64,000 nucleotides of DNA, from positions 227,449-291,448 of the forward strand of contig JAPDLS010000001.1 of NCBI GenBank assembly GCA_025920425.1, in the 5' to 3' direction. Source of the stretch: Candidatus Haiyanarchaeum thermophilum. GTDB taxonomy: Archaea > Nanobdellota > Nanobdellia > JAPDLS01 > Haiyanarchaeaceae. How positions within the stretch are numbered: the first letter of the stretch is position 1; every line of letters starts with the position of its first letter. A model generated the notes under the pieces. It was not told the DNA's origin. It ran no database searches and was given only the letters and a program-made list of their open reading frames with translations. A program made the translations under genes and the position numbers. This document shows, one piece after another, positions 1 to 9,113 of the stretch.

Positions 1-568
1 CTACTTTGTTAGATTCAGCATCTTGGAGAATGTATTTATTGAGACCTATGAATCCTTCTTTCCTTTCCTGCCTATCTCCATATGCTCCTACCAATGCTAA
101 GTAAGCCAATTTTACTAGTTTTGGATTAAGATATTTGGCTAAAAAGTACATAACTCCTGCTGCCGAGATTTCCTCACCACTTGCTCCTAGAAGATACGGA
201 TTTACATGATAGAAGTGTTGCACTTGATACTGCTCTTTAATTTGATGGTGATCTATAATTATTACCTTCCTCCCTTGCAAAATTTCTTTGAAGGTTGTCT
301 TATGAAGTTGGCCTGAGCCAAAGTCTAGCAGAATCAGGAGGTCACTCGATTCGTTTTTCAACTTTTCCAACCTATCCTCTTCCAATTGCCTCAGGAAATG
401 AATTTTGAAGACCTTATGTTTTTCGAGAAGTAACTTCGCCAATAATGCAGCCGCACAAATCCCGTCAGCATCCCAATGGGAAAACACGCTAATCCTCTGA
501 GAAGAAGATATTATCTCATCTATGCCTTTAGCTATAGATTGGAGTTGTTCCAAGAATTCGAGGCTCAT
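1..568 (-). CDS. DHH-family phosphoesterase (RecJ/GAN/Cdc45-like), 5' part only; gene runs off window start
   Basis: Manual reverse translation from ATG at 568-566: [19 protein letters not shown]...[17 protein letters not shown]...[10 protein letters not shown]. Contains DHH motifs I (DxD) and III (DHH). ATGA overlap with the stop of the upstream S15 gene. Not in ORF track because it is partial. Confidence 0.5.
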   Translation of the reverse strand, partial: MSLEFLEQLQSIAKGIDEIISSSQRISVFSHWDADGICAAALLAKLLLEKHKVFKIHFLRQLEEDRLEKLKNESSDLLILLDFGSGQLHKTTFKEILQGRKVIIIDHHQIKEQYQVQHFYHVNPYLLGASGEEISAAGVMYFLAKYLNPKLVKLAYLALVGAYGDRQERKEGFIGLNKYILQDAESNKV

Positions 569-969
569 TTTACCAGTAGTTTCGCCCTATCAGGATCGTA
601 CTCCCAATCTTGAGGAAGTTTTCCGACCCTCTTGTAGTATTTAATGAGCCTTTTAATCTTAGATTCGATCAAAAGTAACCCCCTAGCACTGTGTTTATCC
701 TTCCTATGAACTTTGAGGTGTTCCCTTACCCTTACAGCTCTCCTGATTAAAGAGATCAGATCCTCAGGTAATTCAGTTTTCAGATTATGTTCTTCCAAAA
801 TCTTAGAAATGCTTTTATTTGTAATAGCTTTAACGCTTGGAATTCCATACACATCTCTCAACACGAGCCCTATCTTTGAAGGAGGAAGTCCTTCCTTGAA
901 TAGATTTATCACTAGCTTCTCTACTTCATTCGGCTTATATTTTATCCAACTCTTGACTTTACCTTCCAC
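565..969 (-). CDS. rps15: 30S ribosomal protein S15 (uS15/S13e)
   Basis: 134 aa. Conserved C-terminal S15 signature ([10 protein letters not shown]...AKLLV), basic helical body. Confidence 0.8.
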   Translation of the reverse strand: MEGKVKSWIKYKPNEVEKLVINLFKEGLPPSKIGLVLRDVYGIPSVKAITNKSISKILEEHNLKTELPEDLISLIRRAVRVREHLKVHRKDKHSARGLLLIESKIKRLIKYYKRVGKLPQDWEYDPDRAKLLVK

Positions 970-1006
970 TTCTCAAAGGTATAGGAAGCAATTTTTAAAC
1001 TTTATC

Positions 1007-1378
1007 TTATCTGTGAATGACCCCCTGACCATACCTCCTCATTACCTTTTTCTTTATTTTCTTAGGTTTGAACTCTCTAACAAGAAGTTCATAAGCTTTA
1101 AAGGCACATTTCTCATCACCACAGGTAAAAATATCCAATGCCATATAGCCTAGCTCCGGCCAAGTATGGACGCTAAGATGAGATTCCTTTAAAAGGTAGA
1201 CAGCAGAGACGCCATAAGGCTTGAATTGATGAAAAGTCGAAGAGACAACTTTCAAGCCAGATTTAGAAATAACAGTATCTAGAATTCTCTTTAGAGGCCT
1301 TACTCTCGCTATTTTCTCTGCTTCTACTCCCATGAATTCGACGATAAGGTGAATACTCATTGTATTCACCACTACCAT
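1007..1378 (-). CDS. speH: S-adenosylmethionine decarboxylase proenzyme (pyruvoyl-dependent, archaeal SpeH type)
   Basis: ~120 aa. ESHLSVHTWPE self-cleavage/pyruvoyl motif. Real start may be the internal MSIHLIVEF. Confidence 0.8.
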   Translation of the reverse strand: MVVVNTMSIHLIVEFMGVEAEKIARVRPLKRILDTVISKSGLKVVSSTFHQFKPYGVSAVYLLKESHLSVHTWPELGYMALDIFTCGDEKCAFKAYELLVREFKPKKIKKKVMRRYGQGVIHR

Positions 1379-1498
1379 CGAATTCTGGGGAGTGTTGTGA
1401 TCGAGTCATCAACAGCACCTAGTTCTAGGTATCATTGTAGTAAAAAATAAATTTTTCGTATCCAAGCTTTATAAACCTCGTCTAGTTAAAAATTAAAT

Positions 1499-4400
1499 AT
1501 GATAGAATTAGAGTATAAGAACTTGTGTCCAAATTGTGGAGGTAGAGTAAATTCTAAGAGGTTGGAGCAAGGTTTGCCCTGTGAAATCTGTTTACCTGAG
1601 CATTCAAGAGAGATGAAGGAAGGCTTCCTCACTTCCTTAATCATAAGAAATAGGATGCTTGGAGAAATAGAGGAAATCTTCAAGAAACTTCTAAGGACAA
1701 ATATGTGGGCCTTACAGAGATTTTGGGCACGGAGGTTTTTAGATGGGGAAAGTTTTGCCCTGATCGCTCCAACTGGAAGTGGAAAAACCACGATGCAGAT
1801 CATCTTGAGTCTTTACGCCTCTTCTAAGATGGGAAAAAGGTGTCTCATAATTTTACCCACAAGTATTCTTGTTCATCAGGTAAGCGAGAAACTCATCAGC
1901 TTCAAAGAAAGTCTCAACCTCAAAACGGAAATAGCCTTTTATCACAGTTTGCTAACTAAAAAAGAGAAAGAGGAGCAGCTCGGGAAGATGTTTACAGCGA
2001 ATATAATAGTTACCACACATCTCAGCATAATCAAAAGGGAAGAAATAAATTCTCAACTTGTAGATTTAGTTTTCGTTGACGATGTAGATAGCTTTCTTAA
2101 GAGAAGTAAAAGTGTTATGTTCGTCTTCAAGATGCTCAAGTTGCCTAAAAGGATGAAGAATGTAATTTTGAACGTATATGAAAAGAAAATGGAGTTGAAG
2201 AACGCACTCGAAAAGATAGAGAAAATTAAAGGAGAGGAAGAAATTCGCTCTCAAATCATTGTAAGCGGAGCCACTCCTAGGGGAAAAAGAACGAGGAGTA
2301 TCCTCCTCCTGAGCAGGGTTTTTGGATTCACTCTCGGAGGTAGAGTGGAATTTGGAAGGAAGGTACTAGACTCTTATCTCAAACCGAGAAGATCTATGGA
2401 AGAGGAAATTTTGGAGATAATTAAAAGGGTAGGAGGAGGGGCCTTGATCTTTATCCCCAGTGACAAGGGAAGTAAGTTCGCTGAAAGTCTAGAGCAGTAT
2501 CTCTGCGCAAGAAGTATCAGGGCGAAGGCCTTCTTAAAGCCTAACAGGAGGTACTTTGAAATGTTTGAGAAGGGAGAACTCGACTTTCTGATAGGAATAG
2601 CTACTACAAGAAGTCCACTGGTTAGAGGGATTGATTTGCCCCATAGGATAAGGTATGCTATTTTCGCTGGAGTTCCAAAATTCCTAATAAGGATAAATCT
2701 ACAAGAATTTCATCCTGCAAAGTGGCTCATGCTGCTTAACAATATATCTCATGCCATTGGAGAGGAGTATAGAAAAGATTTTGAAACTCTCGTCAGAAGA
2801 CTTGCTAAGATTCAAACTCTAAATGCAGAACAACTGAAATTGGTTAGGGAAGCTTTGCAGAATGGGATAAGATTGAAAGGATTTTTGGAATACGTAAGAG
2901 AAGTAGCGATGAACGGAATGGAATTTTTCAATAAAATATTGAAGGATCATAGAGTGATAGAAGCTATAAGAAAATCGCCGATTATATCGTTTGGAATGGA
3001 AAAGAATGAGTATTATTTTCTTGTTGTGGATGAAATTGCTTATCTTCAAGCGAGTGGAAGGACGAGTAGGCTCTATATCGGAGGACTAACAAAGGGTTTA
3101 AGTATTGTTGTAATAGATGATGAAAAAGCATTCAACAATTTGATAAAGGAGATCAGCTATTTGGGAGAGGAAATAGAATGGAAAAATTTTGATGAGATAG
3201 ATGTAGTCTCTGTGATGAGGGAAATAGATGAGGATAGAAGGAAAGTCTTGCTCGCACAAGAGGATAAATTGAAGGTAGAGGAAAAAATTTCTCTCTCCAC
3301 CATTCTCTTCATAGTAGAATCTCCTAACAAAGCTAGGACCATTGCAAGGTATTTCGGTAAACCCTTCATAAAGAAAATTGGAGACCTTAAGACATTCGAA
3401 GTTTTCATGGAGAATTCATTAGCAATAATTACCGCGAGTAAAGGCCACATCACCGATCTAGATTTGGTGGAGGGATTGTTTGGAGTCAAAGTTGGAAAAA
3501 AATTCATTCCTATTTATAGACCAATCAAAAGATGTGTCCACTGTGGGAGGGATGTAGATGGGGATGTTTGTTCTTTTTGTAATAGAAGTGAACTAGTAGA
3601 TGCTGGACCTAGGATTAAGGTCTTGAGGAGAGTAGCAAGTTTAGTGGATAAAGTAGTAATAGGAACTGATCCGGACGCTGAGGGGGAAAAAATAGCATTT
3701 GATCTGTATCTTTTACTCAAACCATTTAATTCTAATATAAAGAGGGTAAAGTTTCATGAGGTTACGAAGAAAGGAATAATTAGTAGCCTAAAGAGCTTAG
3801 AAGATTTTGACATGAATTTAGTAGAAGCCCAAATAGTGAGGAGAATTGAGGACAGATGGATAGGCTTCAGTATAAGCCCTGTACTCTGGAGGTTCTTCCA
3901 CAATACTAACTTATCTGCGGGCAGAGTGCAAACACCTGTGCTCGGTTGGATATATGAAAGAACTAAGAGATTGAAGGAGAAGCAGGAATTGTTGAATCTC
4001 ACTCTAGCGAATGGACTTAAAATTTCATTAAGAGGCGAAATTGGGACATTTAAGAGGATTTTGAAAAATAGGTTCGTGGAAATATTGAAAGTGGAGAGAG
4101 TAGTCCAAGAAATCCATCCCTACCCCCCCTTCACTACTGATACCTTACTTTCTGCCCTAACTTCCTCCTTGAAAATCAATGCAACCGAGGCCATGAAGAT
4201 CGCACAGAAACTCTTCGAAAGTGGTCTGATAACATACCATAGAACTAGTAGCACTACAGTAAGTAACACAGGAATAGCAATAGCTAAGGACTACATATCC
4301 TCAAACTTTGGGGAGGCATTTTTTATGGAGAGAAGATGGCAAATGGAAGGGGCGCATGAATGTATTAGGCCAACTAAGGCAATAGATTCAGAAAGATTGA

Positions 4401-5044
4401 GGAGTATGATTGCCCTAAGAACTATTAGAGTTAGTTTAAGTGAACAGGAACTCAAGGCCTATGATATAATCTTCAGAAGATTTATAGCAAGTCAAATGAA
4501 ATCTACAAAGGTTGAAAAGGTCTTCCTAAAAATCTCAGTAGCGGGAAAAGAAGTTAATTATGAATTCACCACCAATATTTTAGAAGAAGGGTTCTCTAGG
4601 CTTATACCCTTTTATGTGAGAGAAATACCTGAGATCAAGGTTGGAAAGCAATATATCTCCTCAGTGAGGAGGAAAATCGTCCGAGCCAATTATCCATTTA
4701 CTTACTCTGAAATAATCTCATTAATGAAGGAAAAGGGAATAGGAAGACCTTCCACTTATGCCAAGATTCTGGAGATCCTAAAAAGAAGGAAGTATGTGAA
4801 TGAGATAAATATGAGACTATTTTCCACTCCACTCGGGGCTAAGGTTTACTCTTTTTTGAGAGAGAAGTATGGAAAGTATTTAAGTGAGGAGCTAACAAAA
4901 AGTTTGGAAGAGAAAATGGACGAGATAGAAAAAGGTAAGCTAAGGGCACATGAAGTAATAAAGGAGTTCCTAGGGGAAGTCAATGAGATAATGAAGGATG
5001 CTATGGAAAGTGGGGTGAAATATAATGTCCAAATTATTCTCTAA
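1499..5044 (+). CDS. rgy: reverse gyrase (N-terminal SF2 helicase-like domain fused to type IA topoisomerase)
   Basis: 1181 aa. N-terminal Zn finger (CPNCGG...CEIC), Walker A APTGSGKTT, DEAD-like VDDVD. Toprim region ILFIVESPNKARTIARYFG, second Zn finger CVHCGRDVDGDVCSFC, topo IA catalytic ITYHRTSS. Intact, no intein-sized insertion. Confidence 0.95.
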   Translation: MIELEYKNLCPNCGGRVNSKRLEQGLPCEICLPEHSREMKEGFLTSLIIRNRMLGEIEEIFKKLLRTNMWALQRFWARRFLDGESFALIAPTGSGKTTMQIILSLYASSKMGKRCLIILPTSILVHQVSEKLISFKESLNLKTEIAFYHSLLTKKEKEEQLGKMFTANIIVTTHLSIIKREEINSQLVDLVFVDDVDSFLKRSKSVMFVFKMLKLPKRMKNVILNVYEKKMELKNALEKIEKIKGEEEIRSQIIVSGATPRGKRTRSILLLSRVFGFTLGGRVEFGRKVLDSYLKPRRSMEEEILEIIKRVGGGALIFIPSDKGSKFAESLEQYLCARSIRAKAFLKPNRRYFEMFEKGELDFLIGIATTRSPLVRGIDLPHRIRYAIFAGVPKFLIRINLQEFHPAKWLMLLNNISHAIGEEYRKDFETLVRRLAKIQTLNAEQLKLVREALQNGIRLKGFLEYVREVAMNGMEFFNKILKDHRVIEAIRKSPIISFGMEKNEYYFLVVDEIAYLQASGRTSRLYIGGLTKGLSIVVIDDEKAFNNLIKEISYLGEEIEWKNFDEIDVVSVMREIDEDRRKVLLAQEDKLKVEEKISLSTILFIVESPNKARTIARYFGKPFIKKIGDLKTFEVFMENSLAIITASKGHITDLDLVEGLFGVKVGKKFIPIYRPIKRCVHCGRDVDGDVCSFCNRSELVDAGPRIKVLRRVASLVDKVVIGTDPDAEGEKIAFDLYLLLKPFNSNIKRVKFHEVTKKGIISSLKSLEDFDMNLVEAQIVRRIEDRWIGFSISPVLWRFFHNTNLSAGRVQTPVLGWIYERTKRLKEKQELLNLTLANGLKISLRGEIGTFKRILKNRFVEILKVERVVQEIHPYPPFTTDTLLSALTSSLKINATEAMKIAQKLFESGLITYHRTSSTTVSNTGIAIAKDYISSNFGEAFFMERRWQMEGAHECIRPTKAIDSERLRSMIALRTIRVSLSEQELKAYDIIFRRFIASQMKSTKVEKVFLKISVAGKEVNYEFTTNILEEGFSRLIPFYVREIPEIKVGKQYISSVRRKIVRANYPFTYSEIISLMKEKGIGRPSTYAKILEILKRRKYVNEINMRLFSTPLGAKVYSFLREKYGKYLSEELTKSLEEKMDEIEKGKLRAHEVIKEFLGEVNEIMKDAMESGVKYNVQIIL

Positions 5045-5649
5045 ATTCCCCTCTTGACATATCTTCCTCTCTTCTCAATTTCAGCTACCCTCCTCAGCAC
5101 TTTTTCAGCATCCCCATACACATCTTTATATCCTTGAATTGCCCAATTGAAGCACTCTTCCCAAACGTGGAAATGTTTACTCCTCAATGCCTCTTGGAGA
5201 AGATGAAGATCCACAGCCTTGTCCTCAATTTTCTGAGAAAAAAATGCTAACCCAAAATCTATTAGATAGACTGCATTTCCCTTCAAAATCACATTTCCTG
5301 TAGTGAGGTCTCCGTGAATGATGTTGTTCGAATGCAATTTTCCGATCTGTTCTCCAAGATCATGGAAAATTCTCTTTCTCTCATCCTCTCCTAGTGATCC
5401 AAGTACATCCCTTAGGTTTGGTCCATCTATTTTTTCCATTTCAATGTAGAATTTACCAGCCCTTATTACCTTTGGTACCCTCACTCCAACCCTCCTAGCC
5501 TCGTTTAAAATTCTCACCTCACTTCTAGTTCTCCTCTCCCTAAGAATAAGGTCCAACTTCCTAGGCCTATACCCTTTCCTAATCCTCTCCTTTCTTACCT
5601 TGCTTCTCCCCACTTTTATCTTGGCCTCAGCCCCTATTATTTCCACCAT
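5041..5649 (-). CDS. bud32: Bud32/PRPK-type atypical Ser/Thr kinase (KEOPS subunit)
   Basis: Conserved start MVEIIGAEAKIKVG (LIxxGAEA motif), catalytic loop IIHGDLTTGNVIL, DFGLA. The track ORF extends to 5730; I chose the internal Met that matches the family N-terminus. Confidence 0.8.
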   Translation of the reverse strand: MVEIIGAEAKIKVGRSKVRKERIRKGYRPRKLDLILRERRTRSEVRILNEARRVGVRVPKVIRAGKFYIEMEKIDGPNLRDVLGSLGEDERKRIFHDLGEQIGKLHSNNIIHGDLTTGNVILKGNAVYLIDFGLAFFSQKIEDKAVDLHLLQEALRSKHFHVWEECFNWAIQGYKDVYGDAEKVLRRVAEIEKRGRYVKRGI

Positions 5650-6473
5650 TTTCTTAGGTAGAGCCAAATCGCTCCACAGTAACCTGCAAAGTTTTCCTTC
5701 ACGAATTGATATATCTCTTGCAAACTCCAAGAGGTATCAAAAACTTGATTAAACCTATTCCCAATTTCTTCGTCGATAGGGAAAGCATCTTCTCTACCAA
5801 ACCCGTAGAGGGCTATTAGTTCCCCATTATACCTATTTACTCCACACTTCTGGAAGAAATCGACTATTTTCTCAGTACTCTTGTTCCACAGAGTCTCCAC
5901 ATCGAACTTTTTATCTAACATTCTCCTCAACCACCTATATAAGGTAGGGAAATCTTTACTCTCTTCTACATTCTCCATCAAATCCCTAATCCTCTTCACC
6001 TTAAATATTTGGATCCCATTAATCCACTTTATTTCTGAAATCATCGAAAGAGCCTTATCGATTTCCCTATCACTTACGTCTTGAAGGAGGATCGAAACTA
6101 TTATCGCAAAATCTAGATCATAACTCCTTAGCGGTCTCATTCCATAATTCCCATCTATAATTTGTTTAAACTTTTCATTCCGAGATAATTTTTCATAGAG
6201 TTCGGAGAGTCTAAATTCTGGCCAGAAAAAGTATGTAAGTTTACTTCTCATTCCATCTACTTTTAACTTTTCCACTTTCTCCCTACTCAAAATTTGGAAA
6301 GTAAGGTCGCTAAAGAGTCTAATGGGAATGTCTTCACCCAGTACTTCTATACATGTTACGAAGGTTCTCCCAACTCTGCGAAAGAGATAGGACGGTATTT
6401 GGTCTCTTATAAGACTTTTCTCAAAGTCAAATGGTCCATCAAATTTTATCTGAAGCTTCATCCTTTTATCCAC
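5637..6473 (-). CDS. HhH-GPD superfamily DNA glycosylase (Ogg/EndoIII/AlkA-like)
   Basis: 278 aa. Helix-hairpin-helix plus Gly/Pro-rich loop and Asp: KCGVNRYNGELIALYGFGREDAFPIDEEIGNRF. Confidence 0.55.
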   Translation of the reverse strand: MDKRMKLQIKFDGPFDFEKSLIRDQIPSYLFRRVGRTFVTCIEVLGEDIPIRLFSDLTFQILSREKVEKLKVDGMRSKLTYFFWPEFRLSELYEKLSRNEKFKQIIDGNYGMRPLRSYDLDFAIIVSILLQDVSDREIDKALSMISEIKWINGIQIFKVKRIRDLMENVEESKDFPTLYRWLRRMLDKKFDVETLWNKSTEKIVDFFQKCGVNRYNGELIALYGFGREDAFPIDEEIGNRFNQVFDTSWSLQEIYQFVKENFAGYCGAIWLYLRKWWK

Positions 6474-7564
6474 GTTATCTCCACCTCATCCACCCTCCAC
6501 TTTGGATTTATATCTAATTTACTCAGCTCCTTCGTGGCCATTTGTTTAGCTAGGATCCCATTCCAAGCGATCATTGCTCCATTATCCATCGAAAAGCTCT
6601 CTGGTACTACATAAAACTTGGCCCCTCTTTCAGCACACATAATACTACACATCCTCTGCAGTTCCTTATTTCTAGCTACTCCTCCTATTAAGAGGAGCTC
6701 ATCCTTTTTGCAGTGAGCCATCGCCCTCTCGGCAGCTTCAATTACCATAGAAAAAGCTACCTGTTGGAGGGAATAGACCAAATCTTCTACCTTATATTTT
6801 TTCTCGTTTACTAGTCTCTCTACCTCAGTTAGGATCCCACTAAAGCTCATGTCCATACCCTTGACTGAGTATGGTAAGTCTATCAATCTTTTCCCTCTCT
6901 TAGCAAGTTGTTCTATGTGCTCCCCTCCTGGAAATGGGAGGCCAAGCAATCTAGCTACTCTATCGAAGAGGTTGCCAATTGCTATATCAAGTGTTTCCCC
7001 AAATACTCTGTACCTTCCATCTAAGTAGGAAATGATTTGAGTATTTCCTCCAGCTAAATATAGAAAAATAGGGTCTATGCACTTGCATACGAGCTTACCT
7101 ATCTCTAGATGAGCTACACAGTGATTTACCTCAACTACAGGCAGATCTAACTTGCTTGCCAATTCCTTCACCTTCTTTAGCCCTACTAGCAAACAGGGAG
7201 GCATGCCTGGACCTTTGGAGTAAGCTAGTAAACTTATGTTCTTTACTCTCTTTAGAGCCTGGGTGATGAGTTCATCGCTCTTCTCCAAATGATGCTTGGC
7301 AGCTTCTGTAGGACTCTTTCCAAAAGAAAAGCTGGGATATCTAGCCACTTCGTTTACAATTATTTCCCCATTCTCATCTACTACCCCCACTCCAAAAGTA
7401 TGAGCTGTAGCTTCAATTCCCAAGCATACTTCAACTCTTTCTCTCCTTAAATATGGTGTATCCACATCCACCACAGGTAAGTCTATCAGCATGTTCTGCC
7501 AAGAAAACTCCAGGCCCACACCTTGGGCAGAATTTATTTTTCCTTTTAATTCCATCCTCGCCAA
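6458..7564 (-). CDS. kae1: tRNA N6-adenosine threonylcarbamoyltransferase Kae1 (KEOPS catalytic subunit)
   Basis: ASKH-fold motifs [31 protein letters not shown]. The true start is uncertain: the conserved N-terminus (xLGIE) has no adjacent in-frame ATG/GTG. The nearest upstream ATG gives MLIDLPVVD... and overlaps the S27ae 3' end. Confidence 0.85.
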   Translation of the reverse strand: MARMELKGKINSAQGVGLEFSWQNMLIDLPVVDVDTPYLRRERVEVCLGIEATAHTFGVGVVDENGEIIVNEVARYPSFSFGKSPTEAAKHHLEKSDELITQALKRVKNISLLAYSKGPGMPPCLLVGLKKVKELASKLDLPVVEVNHCVAHLEIGKLVCKCIDPIFLYLAGGNTQIISYLDGRYRVFGETLDIAIGNLFDRVARLLGLPFPGGEHIEQLAKRGKRLIDLPYSVKGMDMSFSGILTEVERLVNEKKYKVEDLVYSLQQVAFSMVIEAAERAMAHCKKDELLLIGGVARNKELQRMCSIMCAERGAKFYVVPESFSMDNGAMIAWNGILAKQMATKELSKLDINPKWRVDEVEITWIKG

Positions 7565-7688
7565 CTATATATTTCTCCCACTTCTTACTTCCTTCTCTCT
7601 TCTTCCTCTGCTTCTTACCTTTCCTCTTTACTTCTTTCTCATCCTCCCCCGCCTTCTCCACTTTTCTCACCCTTTTCCTGCTTTTCAA
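7431..7688 (-). CDS. rps27ae: 30S ribosomal protein S27ae
   Basis: Lys-rich N-terminus, C4 zinc ribbon CPRCG...CGGCG. Confidence 0.75.
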   Translation of the reverse strand: MKSRKRVRKVEKAGEDEKEVKRKGKKQRKKREGSKKWEKYIVGEDGIKRKNKFCPRCGPGVFLAEHADRLTCGGCGYTIFKERKS

Positions 7689-7968
7689 TTACTTTATTTC
7701 TTACTAATAAATGTTTCATCTCGAACTTGAGCATGGACTCCCTATCCTTATATAGATGGGCTATCCCTTCACATTCTCTCTTTCCCAGCTTTGGTTGGAG
7801 CTCTACTATTATAACTAAACTTTCATCCCACCCAGCAGTTGAGGCTATCATCTTTCTTGCTTCCTCCCTACTAGGAGTCTTGTCATCATGTCTAATTAGG
7901 AATTTGATCTCTTCTCTCATGAAGAAGGGATTCACTTTTCTTTCAATCACATCGAGCTCCATTTTCAC
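7639..7968 (-). CDS. rps24e: 30S ribosomal protein S24e
   Basis: [27 protein letters not shown]... matches the S24e family. Conserved archaeal neighbourhood with S27ae/RpoE. Confidence 0.75.
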   Translation of the reverse strand: MKMELDVIERKVNPFFMREEIKFLIRHDDKTPSREEARKMIASTAGWDESLVIIVELQPKLGKRECEGIAHLYKDRESMLKFEMKHLLVRNKVIEKQEKGEKSGEGGGG

Positions 7969-8150
7969 TCCACATTAATTGCAAACTCTCCAGGAGCTCT
8001 TAGCTTGAGAAGCTCAGCTATTTTTGATTTGGATGGATCTAAAACTATTATCACACCACTCCAATTAGTACTTACTTCAGTGCTCCCACAGCACTTGCAT
8101 TTTCTTTCGGTAGAGAGGGCATGACACTTCTTACAGGCATATTCGATCAT
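7965..8150 (-). CDS. spt4: transcription elongation factor Spt4 / RNA polymerase subunit E''
   Basis: 61 aa, Zn ribbon CKKCH...CKCC. Lies immediately downstream of rpoE' as in most archaea. Confidence 0.7.
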   Translation of the reverse strand: MIEYACKKCHALSTERKCKCCGSTEVSTNWSGVIIVLDPSKSKIAELLKLRAPGEFAINVE

Positions 8151-8710
8151 TTCTTCACCCTCTCCTTCCCACTCTCAGCTTTTTTCTTCTCTTCCATTAT
8201 CCACTCAAATTTTCCCAAATGAGGTTGCCTCATAGTTAATCCTATCTTAGCTTCTGGAGATTTCATACTTACTGCGATGACTCTTGCCCTTACTCTATCA
8301 TCCAATTTCAGAGATTTTTTGCCATCCTTAGAAGCCAGACTCCCTGACTTGGAGTAGCTCATATAAGTATCAGCCACTTGGGAGATGTGTACTAACCCAT
8401 CTATTGGCCCTATCCGTACGAACGCCCCAAATTCTGTGATCTGGACAACATTTCCCTCCACTATCTCTTGAAGCTCAGGCTCAAATGCCAAAATTGAAAA
8501 CTTAACCTCATAGTAAACTGCACCATCTCCTGGAATTATCACCCCCTCTCCTATCTCCTCTACACCACATGGCACTAGCAACACATTATTCTTGAAGATT
8601 TTGGAAGAATATTCACTTACGATCGTCTCCTTGATTGCTTTCTCGAGGCTTTCTCTGAGTAGGGAAGGCGGTACTCTTATCCTCCCCTTCACCTTTAATA
8701 TCTTGTACAT
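8147..8710 (-). CDS. rpoE: DNA-directed RNA polymerase subunit E' (Rpb7 homologue, S1 domain)
   Basis: 187 aa, N-terminal Rpb7-like domain plus S1 fold. Conserved operon PIN-rpoE'-spt4-S24e-S27ae. Confidence 0.8.
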   Translation of the reverse strand: MYKILKVKGRIRVPPSLLRESLEKAIKETIVSEYSSKIFKNNVLLVPCGVEEIGEGVIIPGDGAVYYEVKFSILAFEPELQEIVEGNVVQITEFGAFVRIGPIDGLVHISQVADTYMSYSKSGSLASKDGKKSLKLDDRVRARVIAVSMKSPEAKIGLTMRQPHLGKFEWIMEEKKKAESGKERVKK

Positions 8711-8762
8711 TTTGAGAGGGATAGGCCTTTTAACTTATATTCCTTTCTATATTTAAGTCTTC

Positions 8763-9113
8763 TTATCTGAACTCTACCCTATAATCATGGAGGTAAATTA
8801 TATGTAACTTTTGTTTTGCAGCTTTTCTCCTTAACTTAGCATCTAAGGTAGCTACAGCGCACTGATTGAGTTTGGCGTACTGAAGGATTTTTTCGTCCAC
8901 ACTTCCAGGAAACTCAAATTCCACTATTTTCACCCTCCAGCTTTTGAGAAGCTCATCTATTTCTCTCTTGAAAACTTTTCTGATCTCCTCATCACAATCC
9001 TTTAACAGGATAAATTCAAACCCTTCAGGTACTACTTCACTTATCCTATCATAAAGATTTAATCTGTGTTTTATGGCAAAGATGATGAAATTTGAATCTA
9101 ACAGGATCTTCAT
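8763..9113 (-). CDS. PIN-domain protein (conserved archaeal partner of the rpoE operon)
   Basis: 116 aa. Starts MKILLDSNFIIFA (PIN acidic motif). Position is typical upstream of rpoE'. Confidence 0.55.
   Translation of the reverse strand: MKILLDSNFIIFAIKHRLNLYDRISEVVPEGFEFILLKDCDEEIRKVFKREIDELLKSWRVKIVEFEFPGSVDEKILQYAKLNQCAVATLDAKLRRKAAKQKLHIIYLHDYRVEFR

Noticed and set aside
2066-4002. Several 60-120-aa ORFs on the minus strand inside rgy (2066..2254, 2819..3049, 3157..3507, 3514..3720, 3754..4002)
   Set aside because: They are embedded antisense in the well-supported reverse gyrase gene and their low-complexity translations are typical of shadow ORFs in AT-rich DNA.
5650-5730. N-terminal 27 codons of the Bud32 ORF as given in the track
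   Set aside because: The conserved Bud32 N-terminus (MVEIIGAEA) begins at the internal Met. The longer form would overlap the upstream glycosylase gene by 94 nt.
7560-7730. CT-rich low-complexity stretch (ctcttcttcctctgcttcttacctttcc...) resembling a simple repeat
   Set aside because: It is the antisense of the lysine/glutamate-rich N-terminal tail of ribosomal protein S27ae and the start of S24e. It is coding sequence, not a repeat element. The plus-strand ORFs 7453..7707 and 7491..7730 are antisense artefacts.
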